In this document: positions 29,800 through 40,039 of the stretch, piece after piece
Layout of the letters: every line of letters starts with the position of its first letter
Position numbering within the stretch: the stretch's first letter is position 1
From: Arcobacteraceae bacterium
Lineage (GTDB): Bacteria > Campylobacterota > Campylobacteria > Campylobacterales > Arcobacteraceae
NCBI GenBank assembly: GCA_048268245.1
Contig: JBLWVX010000010.1
Coordinates: forward strand, 9,961 to 73,960
Direction: 5' to 3'
DNA: 64,000 nucleotides
Made by a program: the position numbers and the translations under genes
The notes under the pieces: model-generated
Told to the model about the DNA's origin: nothing
What the model saw: the letters and a program-made list of their open reading frames with translations, nothing else
The model's database searches: none

Positions 29800-30900
29800 T
29801 CAAAACTTCTTAATCAAGTCCACATAAACAGCTGTTAAGTCTTCTACTTCTTTTACTGTTGTTCTCTCACCTACACTATGAATAGTGTCGTTGATTACTC
29901 CAAACTCTATAGCTTCTATACCAAAGCTTCCGAAGTATCTAGCGTCACTTGTACCACCTGCTGTTGAGTGTTTTGTAGTAACTCCTGTGATTTCTTTGAT
30001 TGAGTTCTCCATAGCTTTTACTACTTTTGATTCTTTGTTTGTTACAAATGGAAAAGAACCTTGTGTAGTTTTAAAGTCATACTCTAAACCTTTTAGATTT
30101 TCATGTATGAACTCTTCTACCGATTCTCTTGTAGTGTTTGTTGAGTTTCTTACATTGAACATAAGTTTTAACTCATTTGGTGTTACATTTGTAACTTGCA
30201 TACCACCTCTTATATCTGTGATTACCATTTTTGATGGTGCAAAGTATTCATCTCCGTCATCTAAGTTATGTCCTGCTATTTTTGGCAATACATGAGCGAA
30301 GTTATGTACTGGATTTACGCACTTTTCTGGATATGCTGCATGGCCTTGCTTTCCTTTGATAGTAATGTATCCGTTGATACTTCCTCTTCTTCCTACTTTT
30401 ATAGCATCTCCAAATACATCTTCACATGTAGGCTCTGCTACAACTGCGTATTGAGGTATGAAGTTTATCTCTTTTAAATGCTCAAGCATTTTAATAGTTC
30501 CATAAGTTCCCTCTCCTTCTTCATCAGAAGTCATAAGAATACTTAGTGTGCCATCAAAGTTTTCGGCGTGTTTACAAGCATATAAAAACGCTGCATCACC
30601 ACTTTTCATATCTTGTGTTCCACGTGCAGTGATAACTCCATCGACAATATCAGCAGCAAAAGGATCAACTTCCCAACCCTCACCAGGAGGTACTACATCT
30701 ATATGCCCTGCAAAACATAAGTGTTGTGGATTGTCGTTGAATTTTTTATAATAAAATCTATTTTTTACACCTTCCATATCAACACTTATACATTCCCATG
30801 TATCACCTAAATACTCTTCTATAAAATCAAACGCCCCATCATCATCAGGAGTAACTGACTTAAATCTTAATAATTTTTGAAATAGTTCTATAACTGTCAT
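29800..30900 (-). CDS. dapE: Succinyl-diaminopimelate desuccinylase
   Basis: FAGHIDVVP, DMK, TSDEEG, GRRGS, GHAAYP, GGTSD. Confidence 0.95.
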   Translation of the reverse strand: MTVIELFQKLLRFKSVTPDDDGAFDFIEEYLGDTWECISVDMEGVKNRFYYKKFNDNPQHLCFAGHIDVVPPGEGWEVDPFAADIVDGVITARGTQDMKSGDAAFLYACKHAENFDGTLSILMTSDEEGEGTYGTIKMLEHLKEINFIPQYAVVAEPTCEDVFGDAIKVGRRGSINGYITIKGKQGHAAYPEKCVNPVHNFAHVLPKIAGHNLDDGDEYFAPSKMVITDIRGGMQVTNVTPNELKLMFNVRNSTNTTRESVEEFIHENLKGLEYDFKTTQGSFPFVTNKESKVVKAMENSIKEITGVTTKHSTAGGTSDARYFGSFGIEAIEFGVINDTIHSVGERTTVKEVEDLTAVYVDLIKKF

Positions 30901-30966
30901 TTAATTCCTTTTATATATAATGGGATTGTAGCGAAATTGTGATTTATTTTGCTATAATAATTAAAA

Positions 30967-33900
30967 TTGCTAAAAAATTATGAGCAAAAAAAGGTAATAA
31001 TTATGAGTAGATTTGATAAAATATTTTACACCATTGTAATATCATTAAGTATTTATGTAACTGTAGGATTTAAACTAATTCCATATATTGTTGAAGACCA
31101 ATTAGTAAAAAATCTTGACAAAACGCTAACCCTAAAATCTCACGTTAAAAAAGTAGATTTTAACCCTTTTACATTTCATGCAAAGATACATGATTTTAGA
31201 TTAGGAGATTATGATAAGCCAACTGTTTCTTTTGAAGAGTTTGCTTTAGATTTTGGAGTTTTACAGTCTTTATTTGAATTACATATAAATATAGAAAATG
31301 TATCACTAAAAAGTGCATTTGTTGATGTGGTACAGCAAAAAGATGGAACAATCAATCTTACAAAACTTTTAAAACCATCAAAAGATGAACCAATAAAAAA
31401 AGAACCCACAAAAGAAGAAAATAATTTAGCCTTTTTAGTTTCAAAACTATCTTTAATTGATACAAAAATAAACTATACAAGACTAAAAGAAAATGATCCT
31501 TTCTTTTTATCAATTGATGATATAAATTATACTTTATATGATTTAGGTAGTTTTGGAAACCCTTTATCATCAAATAGCTTTGCTTTAAATATAAATAAAA
31601 ACTCTAAACTACTAATTCAAGGTGCTTTTAGACTTCAACCTTTTACTATGTATGGTAAAGCAACTCTAGAAAATCTAGAACTTGCAAAGCTTTTAGAGTA
31701 TGAAAAAGAGATGCTAAACTTCACAATTGATAAAAAAGCAAAGTTTAATACTGTTGTTAACTTTGATATTACTACAAAAGATGAGTTTAATCTAGAACTT
31801 TTTACAGATAAACTAAACCTATCAAATCTAAATATCAACAGTCAAAACAAAGATATTTTAAAATTAGCAAGTTTTGATATAAAAAGAGTTGATTTAAACC
31901 TAAAAGATGAAGACCTGAAAGTATCAGGTGTGACTTTATCAACACCAATTATAAATTTACTACAAAATAAAGATGGACTAAATATCACAAAACTAGTAAA
32001 CTCAAACGATAAAGAAGAAGAAAAAAAAGAAGAATCAAAACCAAATAACTGGAAAGTAAATGTATCAAATATCAAACTAGAGAATGCAAGTTTAAACTTT
32101 AAAGATACTGTAAATAACTTAGAAGTTAAAAACTCAAACTTTTCTTTTAATACTGATACAGTAAATCTAAAAGGCTCACAAATTGATTTAAGTAATCTTT
32201 CATTAAACAATCCAAAGCTTTCATTTACAGATAACAAAAATAGACTTAATATAGATAGTAAAAATTTAAATATCAAACTAAATAAATTAGCTTTAATTGA
32301 TAATAAAATAGCTATAGATAAACTAGGTATCACAAAAGAAAGTTTAGCTTTAAAAGATAGAAAAAATGCTATGTATATAAACACAAATAAAACTTCTTTA
32401 AACCTGAACAATATAAAAGTAGCAGATGGTAAGACATCAGTAAGTTCTGTAAACTCAATGATTAAAACAATAACCTTAAATCAAACAAGAGAAAAACAAA
32501 AAATAAATATAAATAACTTAGGACTTAATGTAAATAGCATAAATCTAAATGGTCAAAATATAAGCATTGCAAAAGCAAAAATATCAAAACCATCAATCAA
32601 ACTTACAAATCAAAAATCAAATAGCCTAATAAACGCAAGAAATATTCAATTAAGTTTAAATGATATTAACAAAAACTCAAAACTAATAAGAGTTAAACAA
32701 CTAAGATTAAATGAACCAAATTTAAGTATTTACAATACAAAAGAGAAAACTAAAATAAATACTTCAAATATAAATGTTTTAGTAAAAGATATAAAAAGCT
32801 ATACAAATGGTCTTTTAAGTGTTGCTAGTACAGATATAATAAATCCAAAAATATCTATATCTCTTCCTAAAAAAGCTAACAGTACTGCAAAAAAAGAAGA
32901 GGAAACAAAAATAAAACAAGCAAATAGTAAAAACAATGCGAAATTAAACATAGGACCTGTTAATATCAAAAATGGTTCTTTAGCATTTGAAGATAAAAAC
33001 CTACCTCTTCCTTTTAAAACTACAGTATCAAAGCTAAATGGTCAAATCTCAGAGTTAGATACTACAAAAGCTAGTAAAACAAGACTGAAAGTAAATGGCG
33101 TTGTTGATAAATATGGAACTACAAAGATTACAGGTGTTGTAAATCCAAATGACATAAAAGTATTAACAGATGTAAACATGGTATTTAAAAATATCTCTAT
33201 GAAAAACTTCACACCTTATACTTCAAAGTTCATAGGTAAAGAGTTAGATAGTGGTAAGCTAGATTTAGATTTAAAATATAATATTCAAAAGTCAGATTTA
33301 GATGCTCAAAACTCAATTGTTATCACAAAAATAGAGTTAGGGAAAGATGTAAAAAGTGATGATGCTGTTTCGCTTCCTCTTGGTTTAGCAATTGCGCTAC
33401 TTGAGGACTCAAATGGAGTTATAGATTTAAATATACCAGTATCAGGAAATGTAGATGACCCTAAATTCCAAATAGGCTCAATAGTATGGAAAGCTTTTAC
33501 AAACTTAATTATGAAAGCTGTAACAGCTCCATTTTCACTTCTAGGAGCAATGTTTGGATTTGATGAAAATGAAATAAAAAGTGTAAATTTTGATTTTGGA
33601 AAAAGTGAAATTACTCCAATACAAAAAGAAACACTTGATAAAATATCTAAAATTCTAAATAAAAGACCAAATTTAGCTTTAAAACTTGTAGCTTCATATG
33701 ATGAGTCTAAAGACATGTATGCAATGAAAAAATCAAACTTCGAAAAACAAATAAAAGCAAAAATACCAAATGATCAAATAAGAGATTATGAAAAAAGATA
33801 CCTTGAAGTTATGATGTCAATGTACAAAAAATTTGACAAAAAGTTAAGTTCTAAAAAAAGCTTCACTAAAGGTGGAAAACTAAACACAAAAGAGTATAGT

Positions 33901-34113
33901 AAATATCTAGAAAAAAATCTAATTTCTAAACAAAGTATTACTAAAAAAGATTTAGAAGATATGGCGAAAAATAGAGTTTTAAATATAAAAGAATACTTAT
34001 CTAAAACTAAAAAAATCAAAGCTTCACAAATCATAATAAGTAATGATATAAAAACAAAAACTCAAAGTAAAAAAACTTCAGATATTGAGCTAGAGATCTC
34101 ACAAGCAAAATAA
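30967..34113 (+). CDS. DUF748 / AsmA-like envelope protein (start possibly ATG 31003)
   Basis: N-terminal TM, FNPFT, FTPY...GKL, LPLGLAIALLED..GVIDLNIPVSG, TAPFSLLG. Confidence 0.85.
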   Translation: MLKNYEQKKVIIMSRFDKIFYTIVISLSIYVTVGFKLIPYIVEDQLVKNLDKTLTLKSHVKKVDFNPFTFHAKIHDFRLGDYDKPTVSFEEFALDFGVLQSLFELHINIENVSLKSAFVDVVQQKDGTINLTKLLKPSKDEPIKKEPTKEENNLAFLVSKLSLIDTKINYTRLKENDPFFLSIDDINYTLYDLGSFGNPLSSNSFALNINKNSKLLIQGAFRLQPFTMYGKATLENLELAKLLEYEKEMLNFTIDKKAKFNTVVNFDITTKDEFNLELFTDKLNLSNLNINSQNKDILKLASFDIKRVDLNLKDEDLKVSGVTLSTPIINLLQNKDGLNITKLVNSNDKEEEKKEESKPNNWKVNVSNIKLENASLNFKDTVNNLEVKNSNFSFNTDTVNLKGSQIDLSNLSLNNPKLSFTDNKNRLNIDSKNLNIKLNKLALIDNKIAIDKLGITKESLALKDRKNAMYINTNKTSLNLNNIKVADGKTSVSSVNSMIKTITLNQTREKQKININNLGLNVNSINLNGQNISIAKAKISKPSIKLTNQKSNSLINARNIQLSLNDINKNSKLIRVKQLRLNEPNLSIYNTKEKTKINTSNINVLVKDIKSYTNGLLSVASTDIINPKISISLPKKANSTAKKEEETKIKQANSKNNAKLNIGPVNIKNGSLAFEDKNLPLPFKTTVSKLNGQISELDTTKASKTRLKVNGVVDKYGTTKITGVVNPNDIKVLTDVNMVFKNISMKNFTPYTSKFIGKELDSGKLDLDLKYNIQKSDLDAQNSIVITKIELGKDVKSDDAVSLPLGLAIALLEDSNGVIDLNIPVSGNVDDPKFQIGSIVWKAFTNLIMKAVTAPFSLLGAMFGFDENEIKSVNFDFGKSEITPIQKETLDKISKILNKRPNLALKLVASYDESKDMYAMKKSNFEKQIKAKIPNDQIRDYEKRYLEVMMSMYKKFDKKLSSKKSFTKGGKLNTKEYSKYLEKNLISKQSITKKDLEDMAKNRVLNIKEYLSKTKKIKASQIIISNDIKTKTQSKKTSDIELEISQAK

Positions 34114-34130
34114 AAAATCATAACTTAAAC

Positions 34131-34174
34131 TTATAAATATGTCATTTGACATATTTATAATAATCTGATATTAT
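34131..34174 (+). promoter_or_regulatory. sigma70 promoter whose -35 lies inside a perfect 30-bp palindrome
   Basis: TTATAAATATGTCA-TT-TGACATATTTATAA; TTGACA (34146) + 17 nt + TATTAT (34169). Confidence 0.6.
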
Positions 34175-34209
34175 TCTTTTAATTTATATTTAAATTATAA
34201 GGACAACTT

Positions 34210-34755
34210 ATGAAAAATGGATTTATATCAATTATAATACTTTTATTAGGGTTTTTATTTTATGGTGTATTTACTCAAATAGGTAAAACTTCCTCGAAAA
34301 ATCTAAAAAGAGTTCCTTGTCAAAACAAGACTATCACTTTTGAAAAGATAAACACAGAAGCAAATATCTCTAAAGCTATTAAACTTATAGAAAATGGCTC
34401 AATTAATATTGAAGGTTATATTGATTACTCAAAATTTATGAAAAGCAATCTAGAAAGCAAAGTATCAAATAATGACATTAAAAATAGAATCATAAAAATA
34501 TTAGCTACATATAAAAAATCAGATGAAAAGCTTGATCAAAAAGTAGATATTAAATTCTATATTTATGAAAATGATAGAGAAGATAAAAGAAAAAAAGGTG
34601 ATAGTTGTAAAGTTTATGCTGGATATATTGTCTTAGAGTTCTCTCTAAATAACCAACAAGTATATAAAATACAAACTGACTACATGAAAGATAATACAAG
34701 TGATTTAGATGAAAGAATAAACTGTGCTATCAAATCACTAATTTTATTAAAATAA
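34210..34755 (+). CDS. Hypothetical membrane-anchored protein
   Basis: RBS AAGGA, N-terminal hydrophobic helix. Confidence 0.75.
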   Translation: MKNGFISIIILLLGFLFYGVFTQIGKTSSKNLKRVPCQNKTITFEKINTEANISKAIKLIENGSINIEGYIDYSKFMKSNLESKVSNNDIKNRIIKILATYKKSDEKLDQKVDIKFYIYENDREDKRKKGDSCKVYAGYIVLEFSLNNQQVYKIQTDYMKDNTSDLDERINCAIKSLILLK

Positions 34756-34764
34756 AGGGATAAA

Positions 34765-35154
34765 ATGACACAAAAAATATTTAAGGAAAAATATCATATA
34801 TTTGAGATTGTTTATAAAAAAGGTGAATTAAAATACAATAGTGTAGATGAAATCATTAGTTCACTAAAAGACATGATAGAAAAACACCCTATCATTTCAT
34901 ATATAGCTATATTTGATCAATATGCACATACAAACTCTTTAGAAATAGGTGAAATAAACCCTTCTATAAAAGCAGCAAAAAACATAGTATTTTGTTTTGG
35001 GAAAGAACTACCTACTGCAGAAGTTTTAGCCGTAAGACCAAGAAGCATAGGTGTTTGTGAGATGGAGGATTCATACATAATAAACTTTCTTGAAGCTCCA
35101 AATGATGCAGCAAATGTAACAATGGAAAACTTTATTAAAAGCCTTAAAAACTAG
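34765..35154 (+). CDS. Conserved hypothetical protein
   Basis: RBS, FDQYAHT, FCFG, AVRPRSIGV. Confidence 0.75.
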   Translation: MTQKIFKEKYHIFEIVYKKGELKYNSVDEIISSLKDMIEKHPIISYIAIFDQYAHTNSLEIGEINPSIKAAKNIVFCFGKELPTAEVLAVRPRSIGVCEMEDSYIINFLEAPNDAANVTMENFIKSLKN

Positions 35155-35202
35155 TATCAGAAATTAAAATGCTTCCTTTAAATCTATAAAAGAAGTTTAG
35201 TT

Positions 35203-35230
35203 AAAGAGGTAATAAAAGTACCTCTTTTTT
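35203..35230. terminator. Probable bidirectional terminator
   Basis: AAAGAGGTA-N7-TACCTCTTTTTT between convergent genes. Confidence 0.6.
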
Positions 35231-37433
35231 AAAGCTTAATAACCTTAGCACCAAAACCACCCTGAGAAGGATGTGCGTCTGTATAACCTCTAACTTTTGG
35301 ATGTGAATCCAAAAACTTTTTAACAGCATAAGATAGCTTTCCAGTACCAATTCCATGATAAACTAAAACTTCATCAAAGCCTGCAATTAGGGCATCTGAT
35401 AAAAATTTATCAAGATTATCAATAGCTTCATCTGATCTTTGTCCATGTAAATCCAATTTTACATGACCACTATCTGGTTTTTGTACATTAACTGTAGCTT
35501 TTTTAGGTGGAGTTTTTATCTTTGGAGGGTTTCCACTTCTTTGTAAATCTTCAAGTTTTACTTGAACTTTCATACCCATATCATTTTCAATAAAAGCTTT
35601 TTTACCTTTTATTGAAATAAGTGTTCCTTTTGTAGTTCTATATTTTACTCTATCCCCTACTTTAAGCTCAACAGGATCTACTACTTTGTTAGTTTTAATT
35701 TCACTAGCTTTTTTATGAGAAGTATTTAGATGCTGATGACCTTCTCTTACCATCTTAGCTTTTATTGCTTTTTTTGCTTCTTCTCTTGCATCTTTATACT
35801 CTTTGTGAAGCTTTGACTTTTCAGAATAAATCTGTTCATCTAAAGTCTCTTTTTGCTCTTTTAGATTTCTTGACAATCTTTGCATATTATCAATTTCTTC
35901 ATCAAGTTTTGCAATTTTTAGTTTATATTCTCGCTCTAAATCACTACTTCTTTCAATAAGCTCATTTAGTCTATCTTTATCTTCTCCATAAACCTCTTTT
36001 GCTCTTTTTACTACATTTTGAGGAATTCCATATCTACTTGCAGTTTCAAAAGCATAAGATTTACCAATAGTTCCTTGTAAAAACTCATAAGTTGGTTTTT
36101 GATTTTCTTCATCATAAAGTGCTGCGATTAATTCTACATCATCATTTGAAGCCATAAGAGCAGCTAGTCTTTTATGGTGAGTTGTAATAATTACTTTAAT
36201 ATCTCTTTTCATTAAATCTTCAATTATTACTTTAAATAAACTTGCAGCTTCATCTGAATCAGTACCTAGCTCAATCTCATCTACACCAACTATTGCATTT
36301 TTTGCACTAAATAGTTTTGAGAATTCTACCATTCTTCCTGCAAATGTTGAGATGTCATTTTTTACACTTTGAGGGTCATCTAATACAGCGTTGATATTTT
36401 TGAAACTTCCTATTTGTGTCTCTTTTGAAGCTTTGTATGGTAATAAATACTTTGATAAAAGTACAGCTGATAAAATTGATTTTAACATCATTGTTTTACC
36501 ACCTGCATTTACCCCTGTAATCATAACTACTGATTTTGTAAAATCGATAGTTATGGGTTTTGCATCATGTAATGCAGGATGAGAAAAGTTTACTAATTTA
36601 TTCTCTTTTTTCTTTGATGGTAAGATAAAGTTTTTATCATCCATTTTTGCAAAGAAAATTCTAGCTTGATAGTGATCAAATCTATCAAACTCTTTGTTTA
36701 TAAATTTTAAAAACATCAAGTTTTTTTCAAATATCGAACTTATCTGCTTACAAACTTTTAATAAAATTTCTTCTTTTTTATTTAATAAATCATTTTGAGC
36801 TTGTTTAAGTGAGCTTACACTATGAGGTAGTACATAGAAAAAACCTGAATTTGATCTATCTAAAACAGATGCTTTTAAAACATGATTAAATCCACCTCTT
36901 ACAAGTAAACACTCTTCACCATTTACATAGTGAACTTGTGTATCTACAAGATATGTTCTTAAATTACTATTATTTATAGATTTATAAAGGCTTTGTTTGA
37001 TTTGTTCTTTGTTTTTTTTGATAGCTTCATTTACTCTATCAAAATCATCACTTACACCATGTTTTAAGTTTGATTTTTCATCAAAGTAATTACAAACCTC
37101 ATTTACATCTGATGGTATGATAATCTTATCTATCCACTCTTGAAGTTTTCCTTCAAAGTTAAATCTTTTTAAATAGTTGAAATACTTGATGATTTTTATA
37201 AACTCATAAATTTCATATACTTTTAAAATACCTTGCTTTTGTAAGTGAACTAGTTGATTATCTAAATTTTCAACTTTTTTAGGTTCATTTATATCATAGT
37301 TTGAAAGTTCATTTATAAGTTTAAAGTGAAGGTTTATATCCCCTTCTAAGATAATTGATTTTTCTCTAGCTAAAAGCTTAGAAAAAGATTCTATATAGTC
37401 TGTTAAATCTAATTTTTTTAATATATTTTGCAT
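35229..37433 (-). CDS. mutS2: Endonuclease MutS2
   Basis: TGVNAGGKT, STF, DEIELGTD, TTHH; Smr domain LDLHG...HGIGTG. Confidence 0.95.
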   Translation of the reverse strand: MQNILKKLDLTDYIESFSKLLAREKSIILEGDINLHFKLINELSNYDINEPKKVENLDNQLVHLQKQGILKVYEIYEFIKIIKYFNYLKRFNFEGKLQEWIDKIIIPSDVNEVCNYFDEKSNLKHGVSDDFDRVNEAIKKNKEQIKQSLYKSINNSNLRTYLVDTQVHYVNGEECLLVRGGFNHVLKASVLDRSNSGFFYVLPHSVSSLKQAQNDLLNKKEEILLKVCKQISSIFEKNLMFLKFINKEFDRFDHYQARIFFAKMDDKNFILPSKKKENKLVNFSHPALHDAKPITIDFTKSVVMITGVNAGGKTMMLKSILSAVLLSKYLLPYKASKETQIGSFKNINAVLDDPQSVKNDISTFAGRMVEFSKLFSAKNAIVGVDEIELGTDSDEAASLFKVIIEDLMKRDIKVIITTHHKRLAALMASNDDVELIAALYDEENQKPTYEFLQGTIGKSYAFETASRYGIPQNVVKRAKEVYGEDKDRLNELIERSSDLEREYKLKIAKLDEEIDNMQRLSRNLKEQKETLDEQIYSEKSKLHKEYKDAREEAKKAIKAKMVREGHQHLNTSHKKASEIKTNKVVDPVELKVGDRVKYRTTKGTLISIKGKKAFIENDMGMKVQVKLEDLQRSGNPPKIKTPPKKATVNVQKPDSGHVKLDLHGQRSDEAIDNLDKFLSDALIAGFDEVLVYHGIGTGKLSYAVKKFLDSHPKVRGYTDAHPSQGGFGAKVIKL

Positions 37434-37468
37434 GGGCGCATTATAGCCAAAAGGCTATAATACTTTTA

Positions 37469-38803
37469 TTATAAATAATACTGCCAGTAAACTAAAGCTA
37501 TTGTAGTAATACAAATAATACCAAAGATATTAAATACAATACCAAATTTAGCCATATCTTTTACTTTTACAGCTCCACTACTCATAGCAATAGCATTTGG
37601 AGGAGTTGCAATAGGAAGCATAAAGGCATAAGAAGCACAAATCGTAGCTACAAATAAAATAAGCGTAGTGTCAACATTTGCTACCTGACTTAGTGAGTAA
37701 ATAATAGGTAGTGCAATAGAGATTAATGCTGTATTTGATGTAACTTCTGTTGTAAATGTAATTAGTGTTGCAACTAAAATTATTAAGAATACTACTGGTA
37801 AATTAGTAAGTTGTAATAAATAGTTTGCTATTTCACCAGCAAGTCCTGTTGATGAGAATGCCGCTGCAATAGAAAAACCTGCACCAAATAAGAAGATGAT
37901 TTCATAAGGAATTTTTTTTGTATCATCCCATGTTAAAAAACCAATTTTTGGCATGAACATTAATAAACCATAACCAAGCAAAATACCTTTTTCATTTATA
38001 CCAAGTCCTGAATAATATGGCTCAATTTTAGAGTTTATTAAAAGTAAAACTACAAGTGAACCTAAAATATATAAAAGTCTTCTTTGCTCAGAGTTTAGAT
38101 GTTCTCTATCTTCTAAATGTGTATTAAACTTAAGATTATTTACTCCAAGAGATAAAACAAATGGAATAATTAAAAGCATCATAAAGGCTAAAGGTCCTGT
38201 TAAGAAAATCCATTTAACAAATGGAATAGCTTCAATAGATTGTTGTTCCATAAATCCTAAAAGAATTAAATTTGGAGGTGTTCCAATAGGTGTAACAATG
38301 CCACCAATACTTGCACCATAAGCAATAGCTAGAACTAGTCTCATTTTTAATCTTAAATCATCAGTTAAAAACATAGCAATTGGAATAAGTAAAAGTGCTG
38401 TAGTTGTATTTGAGATAAGTGAACTTAAAAATGCTGAAGTTACTGCTAATGAGAATAAAACTCCCCTTGGTGTATTAGGGAAAAGTGTCAATAACTTATT
38501 TGAAACATACTTATGTAAATTGGTCTTTTGAGTTGCAATAGCAATCATAAAACCACCTAAAAATAGAAAAATAATAGATTTAGAGTAGTTAGCTGTAGTT
38601 GCGTTTGTACTCAAGATATCAAATGCGGGGAAAAGTAATATAGGAAATAGTGATACTACTCCTAAAGGTAATGCCTCATTTGTCCATAATGCAACAAGAA
38701 ATACAATAATTGCAAGTAAAGTTGCATGCTGCGTGTTAAACGCATAACCAGCTACAAAAAATGTAGCTAGTGCTAATAGTAATGCTATAGCTATTTTTTT
38801 CAA
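37469..38803 (-). CDS. SLC13/DASS sodium:dicarboxylate or sulfate symporter
   Basis: SNTTT, TPIGTPPN, TSNTA, FMLPIATPPNA. Confidence 0.92.
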   Translation of the reverse strand: MKKIAIALLLALATFFVAGYAFNTQHATLLAIIVFLVALWTNEALPLGVVSLFPILLFPAFDILSTNATTANYSKSIIFLFLGGFMIAIATQKTNLHKYVSNKLLTLFPNTPRGVLFSLAVTSAFLSSLISNTTTALLLIPIAMFLTDDLRLKMRLVLAIAYGASIGGIVTPIGTPPNLILLGFMEQQSIEAIPFVKWIFLTGPLAFMMLLIIPFVLSLGVNNLKFNTHLEDREHLNSEQRRLLYILGSLVVLLLINSKIEPYYSGLGINEKGILLGYGLLMFMPKIGFLTWDDTKKIPYEIIFLFGAGFSIAAAFSSTGLAGEIANYLLQLTNLPVVFLIILVATLITFTTEVTSNTALISIALPIIYSLSQVANVDTTLILFVATICASYAFMLPIATPPNAIAMSSGAVKVKDMAKFGIVFNIFGIICITTIALVYWQYYL

Positions 38804-38981
38804 TTTAATCCTTTCTTTTTTAACTGCAAATTACATTGTAATGTACAAATGTTCAAATAGCAAAAGAAAGTGTATAAAAATTGTATAGCCTAAAGTAAAT
38901 AATTACCTATAGTAACATAAAAAAATGTTATAACATTATTTGTACACAATAAGTACATTTTATGTACATTTTACATATAAT

Positions 38982-39524
38982 TTACTTCTTTTTTGGTCTA
39001 AAAGGCTTAATTACTTCTTCATTACACTCTAAAAATGGACCTTCCATTAAATCAATACAATAAGGAATTGCAGGGAATACTGCATCTAAACACTCTCTAA
39101 TTGATTTTGGTTTACCTGGTAAATTTACAATTAATGAACTACCTCTTAATCCTGCTGTTTGTCTTGATAAAATAGCTGTAGGTACAAACTTCAAAGACTC
39201 TGCTCTCATAAGTTCACCAAAACCTGGCATCATTCTATCACATACAGCTTCTGTAGCTTCTGGCGTTACATCTCTTGCTGCTGGTCCTGTACCACCTGTT
39301 GTTACTACTAAACAACACCCTTGATTATCAACTAAATCCTTCATAGTATCTTCAATAGTTTTTTGGTCATCTTCAATACATCTGTATACAGGTTCCCAAG
39401 GTGATGTTAAATAGTCATTCATTGTCTCTTCTATAGCTTTTCCACTAATATCTTCATAAATTCCTTTACTAGCTCTATCAGATGCTGTAATAATTCCTAT
39501 TTTTGCTATTTGTTTTTCACTCAT
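38982..39524 (-). CDS. mog: Molybdopterin adenylyltransferase
   Basis: SDRAS, TTGGTG..RDVTPEAT, NLPGKP. Confidence 0.95.
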   Translation of the reverse strand: MSEKQIAKIGIITASDRASKGIYEDISGKAIEETMNDYLTSPWEPVYRCIEDDQKTIEDTMKDLVDNQGCCLVVTTGGTGPAARDVTPEATEAVCDRMMPGFGELMRAESLKFVPTAILSRQTAGLRGSSLIVNLPGKPKSIRECLDAVFPAIPYCIDLMEGPFLECNEEVIKPFRPKKK

Positions 39525-40039
39525 AAAATATGTCCTTTTTCTTTTATATAATATACTGTTGCATAATCTTTAAAAAAATCATTTGCTTTTTTTGAATCAA
39601 TAATTTTATCTTTTTCTCCAAGATAAACTTCTATCTTCACTCCTTTATCAAGAAGTCTTTGAAGCTTTTCTTCACACCATTCATACGTCAAAAGTTCTTC
39701 AAGTTCTTCATAAGTACCTAATTTAAAATATTTAGATGTATCTTTTTTATTTGGATAAGCAATATTTTCTAAAAAATTATCACAATAAGCTTGTGCATCT
39801 TTTTTAAAAAACATTAATTGCATTCTTTTAAACTTTTTATCTTGTGTTTGGAAAAAAGCAGGTGAGAATAATTGAAGCTTATCAACCCTTAAAGAGTTTT
39901 CTAAAACCTCTTCAAATGCCTTTATTGCTCCATATGAAAACCCAGAAATTGTAAAATCATTTTCTACTAAATACTCAGAAAAAAGTTCTTGCTCATTTTC
40001 TAAGCAAAAGCCAGAATAGAAACTTTTAAATATCTTCAA
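39521..40039 (-). CDS. bioV: Pimeloyl-ACP methyl ester esterase BioV
   Basis: SGFC, GFSYGA, LQLFSPAFFQ, D.II, C-terminal GHIL; Campylobacterota synteny with mog. Confidence 0.8.
   Translation of the reverse strand: MKIFKSFYSGFCLENEQELFSEYLVENDFTISGFSYGAIKAFEEVLENSLRVDKLQLFSPAFFQTQDKKFKRMQLMFFKKDAQAYCDNFLENIAYPNKKDTSKYFKLGTYEELEELLTYEWCEEKLQRLLDKGVKIEVYLGEKDKIIDSKKANDFFKDYATVYYIKEKGHIL

Noticed and set aside
29885..34034. Several antisense ORFs over dapE and the DUF748 gene
   Set aside because: Shadow frames of well-supported genes, with F/S/L/I-rich composition.
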